From an uncultured bacterium (GTDB taxonomy: Bacteria; Zixibacteria; MSB-5A5; GN15; FEB-12): a stretch of 64,000 bases of DNA. The stretch spans positions 1-64,000 of the forward strand of contig CBDVDR010000006.1 of assembly GCA_965372795.1 (NCBI GenBank), given 5' to 3'. This document shows positions 27,344 to 37,729 of this stretch, piece by piece; positions within the stretch are counted from its first letter, which is position 1, and each line of letters starts with the position of its first letter. The translations under genes and the position numbers were made by a program. The notes below the pieces were generated by a model. The model ran no database searches, was not told where the DNA came from, and saw only the letters and a list, made by a program, of their open reading frames with translations.

Positions 27344-28057
27344 TCAATCGGCGTGGGCAATTGCAATTGCCCCTACTACTTTAAAGTTTCCTTTTATGAG
27401 AGTTTTCTTTGCCTGTTGCAAAGTTGCTCCGCTGGTAACTACATCATCAACCAGTATAACAGATTTTACGTCTTCAGTGGTTTGGTCCAACTCAAACACA
27501 CCTGCGATATTTTTAATTCGCTGCTGAATTTCGAGCCTTGCCTGTGGTTTTCTTTTTTTGGTTCGGTACAGGATATCTGTTCTTAATTCAGCGCTGATAT
27601 ATTTTGATAAATGGCGAGCCAGCAACTCGGCTTGATTATAACCGCGAATATTTTCTCTGGTAGAGTATAACGGGATTGGAATAATATAATCGACATCAAT
27701 CTTTTCAAAGTGCTCTGAATGATTTTGATTAAGCAGGGCTGTAAATGTTTCGGCTGGAGATATTATTCCTTTAAATTTAAACTGTTTGATAACTTCATCA
27801 AGAGGATAGGCATAATGCCCAAAAACAAACAGGGGAAAATAATCTTTTACACAGATTGGACATTTCCCAGCTTTGGTTAAATAGTTATCACAATTTAAAC
27901 AGAACGGCATGCGAATAGTTTGAAACCCATTATGGCATATTTTACAAATCTGCGATGTATCTTCGGTATATTCTCCACATCCCAGACAAAGCGGAGGGAA
28001 TAAAAAGTCTAAAAGTGTCCTTACATTTTCATTTTTTAATATCGCTTCAATAATCAT
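27344..28057 (-). CDS. comF: ComF family protein (double Zn ribbon plus PRTase domain)
   Basis: LLDFLFPPLCLGC, several CxxC pairs, RGYNQAELLA, ILVDDVVTSGATL; start reset to ATG 28057. Confidence 0.88.
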   Translation of the reverse strand: MIIEAILKNENVRTLLDFLFPPLCLGCGEYTEDTSQICKICHNGFQTIRMPFCLNCDNYLTKAGKCPICVKDYFPLFVFGHYAYPLDEVIKQFKFKGIISPAETFTALLNQNHSEHFEKIDVDYIIPIPLYSTRENIRGYNQAELLARHLSKYISAELRTDILYRTKKRKPQARLEIQQRIKNIAGVFELDQTTEDVKSVILVDDVVTSGATLQQAKKTLIKGNFKVVGAIAIAHAD

Positions 28058-28163
28058 GCTTAAATATGATAAATTACACCTGAGACATTCAAGTTTTAAA
28101 TTAATTGAATTATTGCTTGTCACGCTGTCAGCTTCGTGCTTATTTATAAATAAGCAGATTTTA

Positions 28164-29993
28164 ATGTTAGGGCTTGAAGTGTTAAAATTATTCTTTTCTA
28201 TTATTGCAATCACAATAATATTTTCGGGAGGATTAACTAACAGCATGGAACCAAGTGAATATAAAAAACAGTGCGAATTATTAATTAAAAACATATCCAA
28301 CGAACCTGATTCTATCCGGATGCACAAGCTATTTGAGAATAGCTACCAATATAACATGGCTGACAATCCGACAGGAGCAACCTATAGAGGTATATCCGGT
28401 TACAACGACAAATGGCAGGACATTTCTTTTGAAGCAAAAGAACGCAGAGAAAACTATCGAAATTTGACTCTGGAAACGATTAAGTCTGTTGTTCGTGAAA
28501 ACTTATCAACCGAAGACAAACTAAATTATGATCTTTTTGAGAAAGATATAATCTCTGACATTGAAAATGATAAATTCCCCGGTGAGTATCTTGTGATTTC
28601 ACAAATGGGAGGTATCCATCAATCGGCGGCTAATGTATTTGCTATGACACCTTTGCGAAATCTGAATGATTATGAAAATATGCTGTCGCGATTACAAAGC
28701 TATTCAATTCAGATTGAAGGAACGATTCAGTATTTGAAACAGGGGATTAAAAATAAAATCACACCGCCAAAAATTACTCTCAGGAATGTCCCTCAGCAGG
28801 TTTTAAGTCAGATAATTGATGATCCTAAAGAAGCACCGATTTTAGAGAAATTTATGAGTTACCCTGATGAAATAATATTAGAAGATCAAAACCGAATTCG
28901 TTCTGAAGCTATAAAAATATATACCGATGAAATAATCCCGGCATTACAAGAATTTCATCGCTTTCTTACAGAAGATTATCTGCCGAATTGTCGGGAGTCA
29001 ATTGCCTGGGGTGATCTTCCCGAAGGAAAAGAATGGTATGAATTCCGTGTTAAAGAATATACAACAACTGATCTTACACCCGATGAAATATTTGAAATTG
29101 GACATAGTGAAGTTAAACGAATCCGGGGGTTGATGGATCAGATTATTGACTCCACCGGGTTTAAAGGAAATTTTGTTGAATTTTGTGAATTTTTGAGAAC
29201 TGACTCTCAGTTTTATTTCACTGAAGAGGATGATCTGGTTCGACAGTACCGTGATATAGCCAAGCGAGCTGATGCTGAGTTGGTGAAACTTTTCAAAAAT
29301 CTACCCTCTCTCCCCTATGGAGTTATTAAAATTCCTGACTATGCGGCTAAATCTCAAACAACGGCTTACTATCAACCGGGGTCGCTTGATGCCGGCCGTC
29401 CCGGATATTATTATGTCAATACGTATGATCTTTCTTCGCGCCCCAAATGGGAGATGGAAGCTTTGTCGCTTCATGAAGCAGTTCCGGGGCATCATTTACA
29501 AATTTCAATTGCACAAGAATTAGAAGGCATTCCTGAATTCCGAAAAAATGGCTGGTACACTGCCTATGGCGAGGGTTGGGCATTGTATACTGAATCTCTT
29601 GGAGATGTGATGGGATTCTATACTGATCCATATTCCCGATTTGGTCAGCTGACTTATGAGATGTGGAGGGCAATCCGTTTAGTTGTTGATGTTGGGATGC
29701 ACTACAAAGGCTGGACCCGTCAGCAGGCGATTGATTTCTTTATTGCAAATTCGAGCAAATCGCTTCACGATATTGAAGTCGAGATAGATCGTTATATAGT
29801 CTGGCCCGGACAAGCGCTGGCTTATAAGATTGGTGAATTAAAAATTCAAGAGCTGCGTAAATTTGCTGAAGAAGAACTTGGTGATAAATTTGATATTCGG
29901 GATTTTCATGATGTGATTTTGAGATCCGGTTCGATCCCATTGGATATTCTTGAAAAGAATATTCGTGAGTGGGTAGCTCAAGTGAAAATCTAA
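28164..29993 (+). CDS. DUF885 family secreted putative metallopeptidase
   Basis: TTAYY, LSLHEAVPGHHLQ, EGWALYTE, WRAIRLVVDVGMH, EIDRYIVWPGQALAYKIG; start probably ATG 28164 or GTG 28179, before the signal peptide. Confidence 0.88.
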   Translation: MLGLEVLKLFFSIIAITIIFSGGLTNSMEPSEYKKQCELLIKNISNEPDSIRMHKLFENSYQYNMADNPTGATYRGISGYNDKWQDISFEAKERRENYRNLTLETIKSVVRENLSTEDKLNYDLFEKDIISDIENDKFPGEYLVISQMGGIHQSAANVFAMTPLRNLNDYENMLSRLQSYSIQIEGTIQYLKQGIKNKITPPKITLRNVPQQVLSQIIDDPKEAPILEKFMSYPDEIILEDQNRIRSEAIKIYTDEIIPALQEFHRFLTEDYLPNCRESIAWGDLPEGKEWYEFRVKEYTTTDLTPDEIFEIGHSEVKRIRGLMDQIIDSTGFKGNFVEFCEFLRTDSQFYFTEEDDLVRQYRDIAKRADAELVKLFKNLPSLPYGVIKIPDYAAKSQTTAYYQPGSLDAGRPGYYYVNTYDLSSRPKWEMEALSLHEAVPGHHLQISIAQELEGIPEFRKNGWYTAYGEGWALYTESLGDVMGFYTDPYSRFGQLTYEMWRAIRLVVDVGMHYKGWTRQQAIDFFIANSSKSLHDIEVEIDRYIVWPGQALAYKIGELKIQELRKFAEEELGDKFDIRDFHDVILRSGSIPLDILEKNIREWVAQVKI

Positions 29994-29997
29994 CTAA

Positions 29998-30339
29998 TTA
30001 TTTAGAGGTGATATTAAGGTTTTCTTTGGGGACCCAGCCTGAGTCGCCATCCTCTTTTTTACACCAGTACCAGCCGCTCTCTTCAAATTCCAGAGTTAGA
30101 TTGTCACCGACTTTTACAACCAACTCTTTTGCAGAATAATTTTTTAAGAGGGTTCCGATATCTCCGCTGATACTTAAATATTTTTGAGGAACCCAACGCG
30201 TGACACCCTTGTATTTGGTGCATGAAATCCAGCCCTTCCATTCTGCATCAGTTTTGCCTACTTTGACTACTTCACCATTAGTAAATTTTATTGAGTCAGT
30301 GTAATTGGAGTCATAGCTTTTGGTAACAACAGCTTTCAA
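29998..30339 (-). CDS. Tandem SH3-like domain protein
   Basis: Two repeats of Y...L....G+.+......GW..C....G..GWVP...L. Confidence 0.8.
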   Translation of the reverse strand: MKAVVTKSYDSNYTDSIKFTNGEVVKVGKTDAEWKGWISCTKYKGVTRWVPQKYLSISGDIGTLLKNYSAKELVVKVGDNLTLEFEESGWYWCKKEDGDSGWVPKENLNITSK

Positions 30340-30357
30340 ATTAAAATCCCGATCTGA

Positions 30358-30864
30358 TTATGGTTTGAAATACACAGAGACACAGTCTGATTTATTCGGG
30401 TCCGTCTCTCTTAAATCTTTATTGTTTTCCATTACCGATTTCAGATTGGTCAGAAAAAAGACCCAGCAACTTCGGCAATTTAAATGGTTTGATGCCTTTT
30501 CCGGTTCTGATTGGTATGGGATTTTATATTGATGCAATTTAATCAAAGTTTGATTATCCCTGCTTGAAATTTCCACTTTGACTTCCATGCCGCCAAAAGT
30601 AAAAATGATAAAATCGTTTTCATTAATATCGAGTATTTTTCCCGAAAGTTTAAAATCATGCATAAATTGCCAGGAGTAGCTATCGCCTTTTTGAGCGTAC
30701 TCAGATTTGATTCTTTTTTCATTTGAACTTGTGGTAAACTCAGAATTTTTTATAAAAAAACTTTCAAGCCCCTGGCAGGTTGACCACATTTTGAAAACTT
30801 CTTTGACCGATTTGTTGACATAAGAGTGAACCTGGAACTGTGACCAATCGTATTTTTCAGTCAT
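30358..30864 (-). CDS. SRPBCC/AHSA1-like domain protein
   Basis: VFKMWST..GLESFF, C-terminal WVFFLTNLKSVME helix. Confidence 0.75.
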   Translation of the reverse strand: MTEKYDWSQFQVHSYVNKSVKEVFKMWSTCQGLESFFIKNSEFTTSSNEKRIKSEYAQKGDSYSWQFMHDFKLSGKILDINENDFIIFTFGGMEVKVEISSRDNQTLIKLHQYKIPYQSEPEKASNHLNCRSCWVFFLTNLKSVMENNKDLRETDPNKSDCVSVYFKP

Positions 30865-30879
30865 GATATATGCTAACTT

Positions 30880-31965
30880 TTATTTATTAAATTTTCCAAA
30901 TAAAGTTTTTAGAGAATAATAAAGGATTAAAAATGACAGTATTGCTGCTGAGAAGATACTAAGTAAAGAGCTATGGTCATGTTCATTTTCCTGTCTATAA
31001 ATTGATTCTATATTAAAATAGTCATAAATAAAATCGATGGTAATCCCGCAAAGAATTGATATAATGATTATCGCAGCCACATATCTAACGGTTGACCATC
31101 CTTTGAGAATTCGCCCTAAAACAACCAATGAAGCGATATTAGTTGCCGGACCAACCATCATAAAGACAAGAACAGCTCCGGGTGAAAATCCTCCGGCAAG
31201 AAGCGCAGCGGCAAGCGGGGTTGATGATGTAGCACAGATATATAACGGTACGCCAATCACAATTGCCCCCAGATAACTTCCCCAGCCGTTTGTAAAAGTG
31301 TCGCTTAAGGTTAATAAATTATTGCCTAAAACAACAGAGACTAAACCGGCCAGGACATAACCAATTAACAGATATATAGCAAGATCATCAAGTAATGATG
31401 TGAAGCCGTATTTTATGCCATTCCAGATTTTAGTGCTGAAATTAACCTCCGACAGCTTTAATTCATCAGAATTATCTGGACAACATGAATCAGAACAATT
31501 ATCAGCAACCAAATTTATAGGAGCCTCTTGTTCATCATCCTCAAAATTTGTTTCTATTAATCCTGCTGCTGCCGCTGTAATAAACGCCGTAATAGGCCGG
31601 GCAACAGTCATAAGAGGATCCATCAAAGTATATGTCAGCATAATAGAGTCAATGCCTGATTCGGGAGTTGAGATTAGAAATGAAACAGTTCCGCCTTTGC
31701 TAACTCCGGATTCTCTTAACTGTTTAGCAACCGGAAGTACCGAACATGAGCACAATGGCAAAGGGACACCAATCAAGGCAGCTTTGAATACGTTTGATTT
31801 TTTATTTCCTGAAATATATTTTTTTATTCGATCTGAATTCAGAATTATAGATAGCAATCCGGCCAGAGTTAACCCGATTAATAACAAAAAAGCCGAGTCA
31901 ACCAGCATTTGCCAGATTGACTCGACCCAATTAAGCATAAATTCTTGAATTCTATTCAATTTCAC
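30880..31965 (-). CDS. DUF318/ArsP-type permease (SO_0444-like Cu/Zn efflux family)
   Basis: GVPLPLCSCSVLP, FLISTPESGIDS, GVPLYICATSSTP, GPATN, and a central CSDSCC loop; the true start may lie a few codons downstream. Confidence 0.85.
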   Translation of the reverse strand: MKLNRIQEFMLNWVESIWQMLVDSAFLLLIGLTLAGLLSIILNSDRIKKYISGNKKSNVFKAALIGVPLPLCSCSVLPVAKQLRESGVSKGGTVSFLISTPESGIDSIMLTYTLMDPLMTVARPITAFITAAAAGLIETNFEDDEQEAPINLVADNCSDSCCPDNSDELKLSEVNFSTKIWNGIKYGFTSLLDDLAIYLLIGYVLAGLVSVVLGNNLLTLSDTFTNGWGSYLGAIVIGVPLYICATSSTPLAAALLAGGFSPGAVLVFMMVGPATNIASLVVLGRILKGWSTVRYVAAIIIISILCGITIDFIYDYFNIESIYRQENEHDHSSLLSIFSAAILSFLILYYSLKTLFGKFNK

Positions 31966-32602
31966 TCATATACTTTTTAACAGTTTCAACAGCATTTCCG
32001 TTTGGATCAAGCTGCAGATATCTTTTCCAATAGACCTTTGCTGAATCATTTTGATCCATACCATAATAGACAATACCCATATTAAAATGAGCAATCGCGT
32101 GTGCCGGACTGCCAGCAATAACAACTCTGAATTCTTCAATAGCTCTTTCAGGTAGTCCCATACTATGTAAGCATGCACCAAAATCAGTACGTACGTTAGG
32201 ATCATCACCTTTGATTAATAACGCCCTTTTATAACATTCAGCCGCCATCGGATAATTACCTTGATCCATCGTCTGGTTACCTAATGTAATAAGACCTTCG
32301 TAATCAGTTGGCATATTAGGGATTGCACCCATCATCCCAGCATCAGCATGAGGATTCTCATCCTGCGTATTTTGTTGTTGTACTGGCTGTTCAGGTTGTG
32401 ATGGGGATTTCATTATATAGAAAGCTACTGCAACCAATACAATAACTCCAATTATAATAATGTTATCTCTCATAGAAGTATTCTTAGTTTTGCCGGTTTT
32501 TTGGGGTGCCATTTTAGCAGCAATGGGATTTCCACAATCAGGACAAAATTTGCCATTCTCTGGAATTTCAGTTCCGCAATTTGTGCATTTTTTTAAACTC
32601 AT
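31952..32602 (-). CDS. Zinc-ribbon, single-TM, TPR protein
   Basis: CTNCG...FCPDCG, one TM segment, a Q/P-rich linker with NPHADAGMM, and TPR repeats. Confidence 0.78.
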   Translation of the reverse strand: MSLKKCTNCGTEIPENGKFCPDCGNPIAAKMAPQKTGKTKNTSMRDNIIIIGVIVLVAVAFYIMKSPSQPEQPVQQQNTQDENPHADAGMMGAIPNMPTDYEGLITLGNQTMDQGNYPMAAECYKRALLIKGDDPNVRTDFGACLHSMGLPERAIEEFRVVIAGSPAHAIAHFNMGIVYYGMDQNDSAKVYWKRYLQLDPNGNAVETVKKYMSEIE

Positions 32603-32759
32603 CTTTTCCTTTCAAATCAATTCAAGTTTTCAAAAATATAAACGATCTTCATCTAAATGCAATAAAAATTGCCCGCTATTAACACTAAAAATATACTGAC
32701 AGTTAATTCATTTTTCCCTATATTCATCAATGATTTACAACCTTTTGAAAGGATTCTTG

Positions 32760-34478
32760 ATGAAAAACATAATCATATTGTTATCAATTTTTACTCTTAT
32801 TTTTTCAATTTCCGCTTTTGCTGTTCAAAATCCTTATACGGTTACAGCTGATTCGATATTTAAACATATCTCAGTTCTTGCAAACGATTCGCTTGAAGGC
32901 AGAAGAGTTGGCGATCCGGGTGAATTAGCCGCTTCAAAATATATCCGTTCTATTTTTGAATCTGCCGGGCTTCATCCAAAAGGCGATAACGGAAGTTTTA
33001 TACAAGAATTCCAATTTAATCGAGAGATCAAGCCGGGCGACAAAAACCGACTGGTCGTAAATGGAGTTGAACTTCAGTTGAAAGAGGAATTTCAGCCGCT
33101 ATTTCAATCAGGAAATATGGTGTTTGAATTTGATGAAGTCGAGTTCGTAGATTTTGGTTTTAAAATTCCAAAGGATGATGGCGGATATAATGACTACGAG
33201 AATAAAGATGTTAATGGAAAAGCTGTTATAATAAAACGCTTTGCTCCTTCTTCTGAAGATAATCCTCATGTAGATTTTGACAAATACAGTTCATTGACAG
33301 ATAAAATTCAAACGGCAATTGATCAAAAAGCAGCCGGTGTATTTTTTATAACTCCTGATAAATTTGATGATACTCTCTTCACAGAGATGTCTGCCAATAT
33401 AACTCCCAAAAATATTCCAATTGTTTTATTGAGAAGAACAGCGCTTGAGCGAATCGGTTTAGATTTAGAAAAGCCTGAGATTAGTACAATAGCAGGTGAA
33501 ACCGAAATGATTAAAATAAAAGATACTGCTTATAACGTAGTTGGTTATGTACCAACCGGTAATGACACAACATTTATAATCGGGGCTCATTATGATCATC
33601 TTGGCTGGGGCGGTCATTCATCACTATATCGTGAAAAAGAGCCTATGATTCACAATGGGGCTGATGATAACGGTTCGGGAACCTCAGCAATGTTAGAAAT
33701 GGCAAGATACTATTCAACGCATCGTGATGAGTTAAAATACTCAATTCTGTTTATTGCTTTTACGGGTGAAGAATACGGTCTTTTGGGTGCGGGGCATTTT
33801 GCAAAAAATATGACCATTGATTCATCGAAGGTACGGATGATGATTAATCTGGATATGATTGGACGTTTGAAAGATCAGGATGATGGACTTGCTGTTTTAG
33901 GAACCGGCACCTGTGATGAATTTAAGACATATTTTGATTCATTAAAACAGACCGAATTGACCCTTGCCCTTAAAGAATCTGGCTCAGGTCCTTCTGATCA
34001 GACTGTTTTCTATAATAGAAAAATACCCTCTTTACATTTATTTACCGGGGCTCACAAGGATTACCATAAACCTTCAGATGACGTTGAAAAAATTGATGCT
34101 CCGGGAATTTTAAAAGTGATCAATTTTGCTTCTGAAATGATTGAGTATTTTGATAATTATAGCGGTCCTCTAACTTTTCGTAAAACTAAAGATTCCGGAG
34201 AAGGTAAAAAACGAACTCGTTTTTCGGTCACACTGGGAATCATGCCTGATTATGTTGCTGAAGTTAGAGGTGTAAAAGTTGATGGTGTAACACCTGAGAA
34301 ACCCGGTGAAAAAGCTGGTATTCTCGAGGGTGATATTATCATTAAACTTGGGGATAAAATTCTTGGTGATATTTATGATTATATGAGTTGTCTGGGTAAA
34401 TTCCGCAAAGGAGATTCTACCACTGTTGTTGTTGAAAGAGGAACCGACACTTTGACTTTGCCATTAAATTTTGATTAA
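32760..34478 (+). CDS. Secreted M28 aminopeptidase with PA and PDZ domains
   Basis: Signal peptide; GAHYDHLG, GADDNGSG, FTGEEYGLLG, NLDMIGR, DYHKPSD; C-terminal LGIMPDY PDZ domain. Confidence 0.9.
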   Translation: MKNIIILLSIFTLIFSISAFAVQNPYTVTADSIFKHISVLANDSLEGRRVGDPGELAASKYIRSIFESAGLHPKGDNGSFIQEFQFNREIKPGDKNRLVVNGVELQLKEEFQPLFQSGNMVFEFDEVEFVDFGFKIPKDDGGYNDYENKDVNGKAVIIKRFAPSSEDNPHVDFDKYSSLTDKIQTAIDQKAAGVFFITPDKFDDTLFTEMSANITPKNIPIVLLRRTALERIGLDLEKPEISTIAGETEMIKIKDTAYNVVGYVPTGNDTTFIIGAHYDHLGWGGHSSLYREKEPMIHNGADDNGSGTSAMLEMARYYSTHRDELKYSILFIAFTGEEYGLLGAGHFAKNMTIDSSKVRMMINLDMIGRLKDQDDGLAVLGTGTCDEFKTYFDSLKQTELTLALKESGSGPSDQTVFYNRKIPSLHLFTGAHKDYHKPSDDVEKIDAPGILKVINFASEMIEYFDNYSGPLTFRKTKDSGEGKKRTRFSVTLGIMPDYVAEVRGVKVDGVTPEKPGEKAGILEGDIIIKLGDKILGDIYDYMSCLGKFRKGDSTTVVVERGTDTLTLPLNFD

Positions 34479-34533
34479 AACAGAGTTTATTAGGATTTTG
34501 ATATTGGTTAGAAGGTTTTAAAGCTGCGTTTTT

Positions 34534-36678
34534 TTAATCTTCTTTCCCTTTATTACCGCCTTTAGCCCGTTTAATAGAAATCACACCTTTGATTTTTCGA
34601 ACTTTATCAAAAATTCGATTGAGATGTGACAAACTTGCCACCTCAACTAAGAAGCTGCCAACCGCAGTTGTATCTTTGGACTCCATCTCAGCTGCCCGCA
34701 CATTTGTATCGGCATCAGCAATTGCCTGAGTTATATCACGCAGCATATTTTTACGATCTTCAACAACCATTTCCAATTCAACAATAAATGACTGTCCTTT
34801 TTCCGTATCCCAATTCACATCAATTTTTCGCTCCGGGAATTGTTCCTGTAAATATAAACCGCTGGAACAATCAGACCGATGAATTGTCACACCTCTTCCC
34901 CTTGTAATAAAACCAACAATATCCTCACCGGGAACCGGTTGACAACATCCCGCAAAACGGAACATCATATTATCCATACCGTGAACTTTGATGCCTTTTG
35001 AACCTCTAATACGTTCAATAACTTTCCCGACAAAACCCGGGGTCTCTTTTTTCTTTTCAGGTGCAATTAAATCAATAAGACGATGCGAAGTAATAGAACC
35101 ATCGCCAATGGCACCGAAAAGATCCTCTATCGTTTTTTTGTCAAGTTTCTCTGCTACTTCAAGCATAATATCATTTGACGGCATGGGAAGTCTGAGGCTT
35201 TTCAGTTTTCTTTCTATGATCTGTTTACCAAGGCTGACCGATTGGTCATATCCAGCTTGTTTAAGCCATTTTTTTATCTTTGCTCTGGCACGGGAAGTTT
35301 TAACCAGTTTTAACCAGTCATGCGATGGCGAGCGATTTGGATTAGTGATAATTTCCACTGAATCAGCAGTATTTAATTCTGTTGAAAGAGGCACAAGGCG
35401 GCCATTTACTTTAGAACCGGAACAATGGATGCCGACTTCGGTATGAATTGCAAAGGCAAAGTCAAGCGGGGTAGCACCTTTGGGAAGGTTTATTAATTTA
35501 CCTTCCGGCGTGTAAACAAAAATATCTTCCGTGTACAAATCAATTTTCAGGTATTCCAAAAACTCTGAGGGATTTGTCATATCTCGTTGCCATTCGAGTA
35601 CATCACGAAGCCATATCATCTGCCTGTCATCTTTACTCATGGCTTGTTTTCCCTCTTTGTAAAGCCAATGAGCAGCAATTCCATTTTCTGCAACATAATG
35701 CATCTGATGAGTACGAATCTGTACTTCTACCATTTTTTGTTGAGGACCGACAACAGTTGTATGCAGTGACCGGTATCCATTCGATTTGGGATTAGCGATA
35801 TAATCATGAAACCGCCCTGAAACAGGTTTCCACATTGTGTGCAGTATGCCCATGGTGTGATAGCAGTCCCGTTCATTGTTTACAATAATTCGAAGTGCAA
35901 ACAGATCAAAAATTTCTTCAAAAGGGACATTTCTTATTTTTATTTTCCGGAAGATAGAGTCGAGATGTTTGGCTCGTCCATGCACCTTTGCCGTTAGATT
36001 ATTTTTTATAAGGGCTTCTTTGATCGGAACAACGAGTTCCTGGATGTAGGCGATGCGTTCTTCTTTTTTCTCTTTGACTCGCTGGACAAGATCATTATAA
36101 ATTTCTGATTCGACATATTTTAGAGAAAGGTCTTCAAGTTCTATTTTGATTTTGTTAATTCCAAAACGATGCGCCAGCGGAGCATATACTTCGCGGGTTT
36201 CTCTTGCAATTATCAGTCTTTTTTCTTCGGGAAGATGTTCTAAAGTTCGCATATTGTGCAGACGGTCGGCAAGCTTGATCAGGATGACTCTGATATCCCG
36301 AGACATTGTCAAGAGCATCTTACGGAAATATTCCACTTGCTGTTCTTCTCGCGAGGCAAAATGAACAGCGCCGATTTTTGTCACGCCGTCGACCAGTTCG
36401 GCGATTTCATCAGAAAATTCCCGACGTAATTCTTCAATCGTGATTTCAGTATCTTCAACCACATCATGAATCAACCCGGCAGCTATTGTTGCTGAGTCCA
36501 TATGTTGTTCTGCAAGGACAAAAGCGACTTCAAGGCAATGCTGAATATATGGTTCACCGGATGATCGTTTCTGACCGGCATGTGCTTTATCTGAAAATTC
36601 GTATGCTTTCCGAATTAACGGGATATTAACATTAGCGTTGAAAGATTCAATTCTAATTATAAACTCTGCCAGATTCAT
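34534..36678 (-). CDS. spoT: Bifunctional (p)ppGpp synthetase/hydrolase (long RSH)
   Basis: HAGQKRSSGEPY, HDVVED, KLADRLHNMRTL, GRAKH, YRSLHT, EVQIRT; TGS, CC and ACT domains. Confidence 0.95.
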   Translation of the reverse strand: MNLAEFIIRIESFNANVNIPLIRKAYEFSDKAHAGQKRSSGEPYIQHCLEVAFVLAEQHMDSATIAAGLIHDVVEDTEITIEELRREFSDEIAELVDGVTKIGAVHFASREEQQVEYFRKMLLTMSRDIRVILIKLADRLHNMRTLEHLPEEKRLIIARETREVYAPLAHRFGINKIKIELEDLSLKYVESEIYNDLVQRVKEKKEERIAYIQELVVPIKEALIKNNLTAKVHGRAKHLDSIFRKIKIRNVPFEEIFDLFALRIIVNNERDCYHTMGILHTMWKPVSGRFHDYIANPKSNGYRSLHTTVVGPQQKMVEVQIRTHQMHYVAENGIAAHWLYKEGKQAMSKDDRQMIWLRDVLEWQRDMTNPSEFLEYLKIDLYTEDIFVYTPEGKLINLPKGATPLDFAFAIHTEVGIHCSGSKVNGRLVPLSTELNTADSVEIITNPNRSPSHDWLKLVKTSRARAKIKKWLKQAGYDQSVSLGKQIIERKLKSLRLPMPSNDIMLEVAEKLDKKTIEDLFGAIGDGSITSHRLIDLIAPEKKKETPGFVGKVIERIRGSKGIKVHGMDNMMFRFAGCCQPVPGEDIVGFITRGRGVTIHRSDCSSGLYLQEQFPERKIDVNWDTEKGQSFIVELEMVVEDRKNMLRDITQAIADADTNVRAAEMESKDTTAVGSFLVEVASLSHLNRIFDKVRKIKGVISIKRAKGGNKGKED

Positions 36679-36688
36679 ATTTAATAAT

Positions 36689-37726
36689 TCAACTTTTAGG
36701 TTTTATCATATCAATTATTTCAGCCGCAACCTGATTTTCATCAATTGTTTCCATGCACTGACATTTTTTCGGTGGACAGTTACACTCTGTATTTATCGGC
36801 ATAATTACTTTATGACCTTTACCAAGCGGCCCCCACCTTACCGGTGACATAATTTTGTTAGAAGGATATAAGCCCAGCACTTTTGTGTCTGTTGCAGCGG
36901 CTAGATGCAACGGTCCGGTAGAATTTGCCACAACCAGTTCAGCTAAGGATAAAACCGCGGCCAGAGTTCTTAAATCAGTATCGCCGGCAATTGACATAAT
37001 GTCAATTTTCAGCTTAGCGGCTTCTTCTTCTATCCTCTTTCCTTCAACTTCAGAACCAGTCATAATTACTGAAATGCCAGATTTTTTTAATAGTTCAAAT
37101 AGTTTAATAAATTTATGTAATTGCCAGCATTCAGCAGAACCACCTGAACCGGGATGCAGGATGACAAATTCATTCTCGATATTATTTTCGCCTAAAATCC
37201 GCCTGGCATTGTTTATTTCTTTATCACGAAGATAAACCTTTGGAACCTTAATCAGTTCACCTTTTTTGAAAAGATGAAGAAAGTCTAGATTATATTCACA
37301 TTCGTGTTTTTTGTTTTCTTTGCGGGTATGGTAAATATGCTGGTTAAAAAAGACCGACACGAATCTTCGAGCTGTCCCGACTCTTATTGGAATCTTGGCT
37401 TGATGGAATAATCGTGAGATTCGTCTTTCAGGGAAAAGAGCAACGACAATTTTATAATTTTCTTTCTTAATCTTTTGCAAAAGATCTTTTTTATATAGCG
37501 GGTCTTTAATCATCTGGTCATTCTGGACGCGTATGATTTTATTTATTTTATCATTATTCTCAATTATTGGCGATGCATACAAAGATGTAAGGACATCAAT
37601 ACTGCAATCCGGGTAACGAAGTTTCATATTTTCAACAAACGGCAAAGCCAAGATCAGATCGCCGAGTTTATCGGAGCGACTTATAAGAATTTTATCACCG
37701 GGTTGTATTTTAATCTCTTTAGCCAT
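36689..37726 (-). CDS. Glycosyltransferase family 9 (heptosyltransferase-like)
   Basis: RSDKLGDLIL, HPGSGGS and NSTGPLHLAAA motifs. Confidence 0.88.
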   Translation of the reverse strand: MAKEIKIQPGDKILISRSDKLGDLILALPFVENMKLRYPDCSIDVLTSLYASPIIENNDKINKIIRVQNDQMIKDPLYKKDLLQKIKKENYKIVVALFPERRISRLFHQAKIPIRVGTARRFVSVFFNQHIYHTRKENKKHECEYNLDFLHLFKKGELIKVPKVYLRDKEINNARRILGENNIENEFVILHPGSGGSAECWQLHKFIKLFELLKKSGISVIMTGSEVEGKRIEEEAAKLKIDIMSIAGDTDLRTLAAVLSLAELVVANSTGPLHLAAATDTKVLGLYPSNKIMSPVRWGPLGKGHKVIMPINTECNCPPKKCQCMETIDENQVAAEIIDMIKPKS

Positions 37727-37729
37727 CTA

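Noticed and set aside
28058..28327. Long mutual 5' overlap of the comF and DUF885 ORFs
   Set aside because: This is a longest-ORF artefact. The plausible starts (28057 and 28164/28179) leave a normal divergent promoter region.
31400..31948. Long antisense ORFs (for example 31400-31948, 34988-35446, 40129-40620, 58462-58935)
   Set aside because: They are shadows of well-conserved genes on the opposite strand and carry no recognisable motifs.
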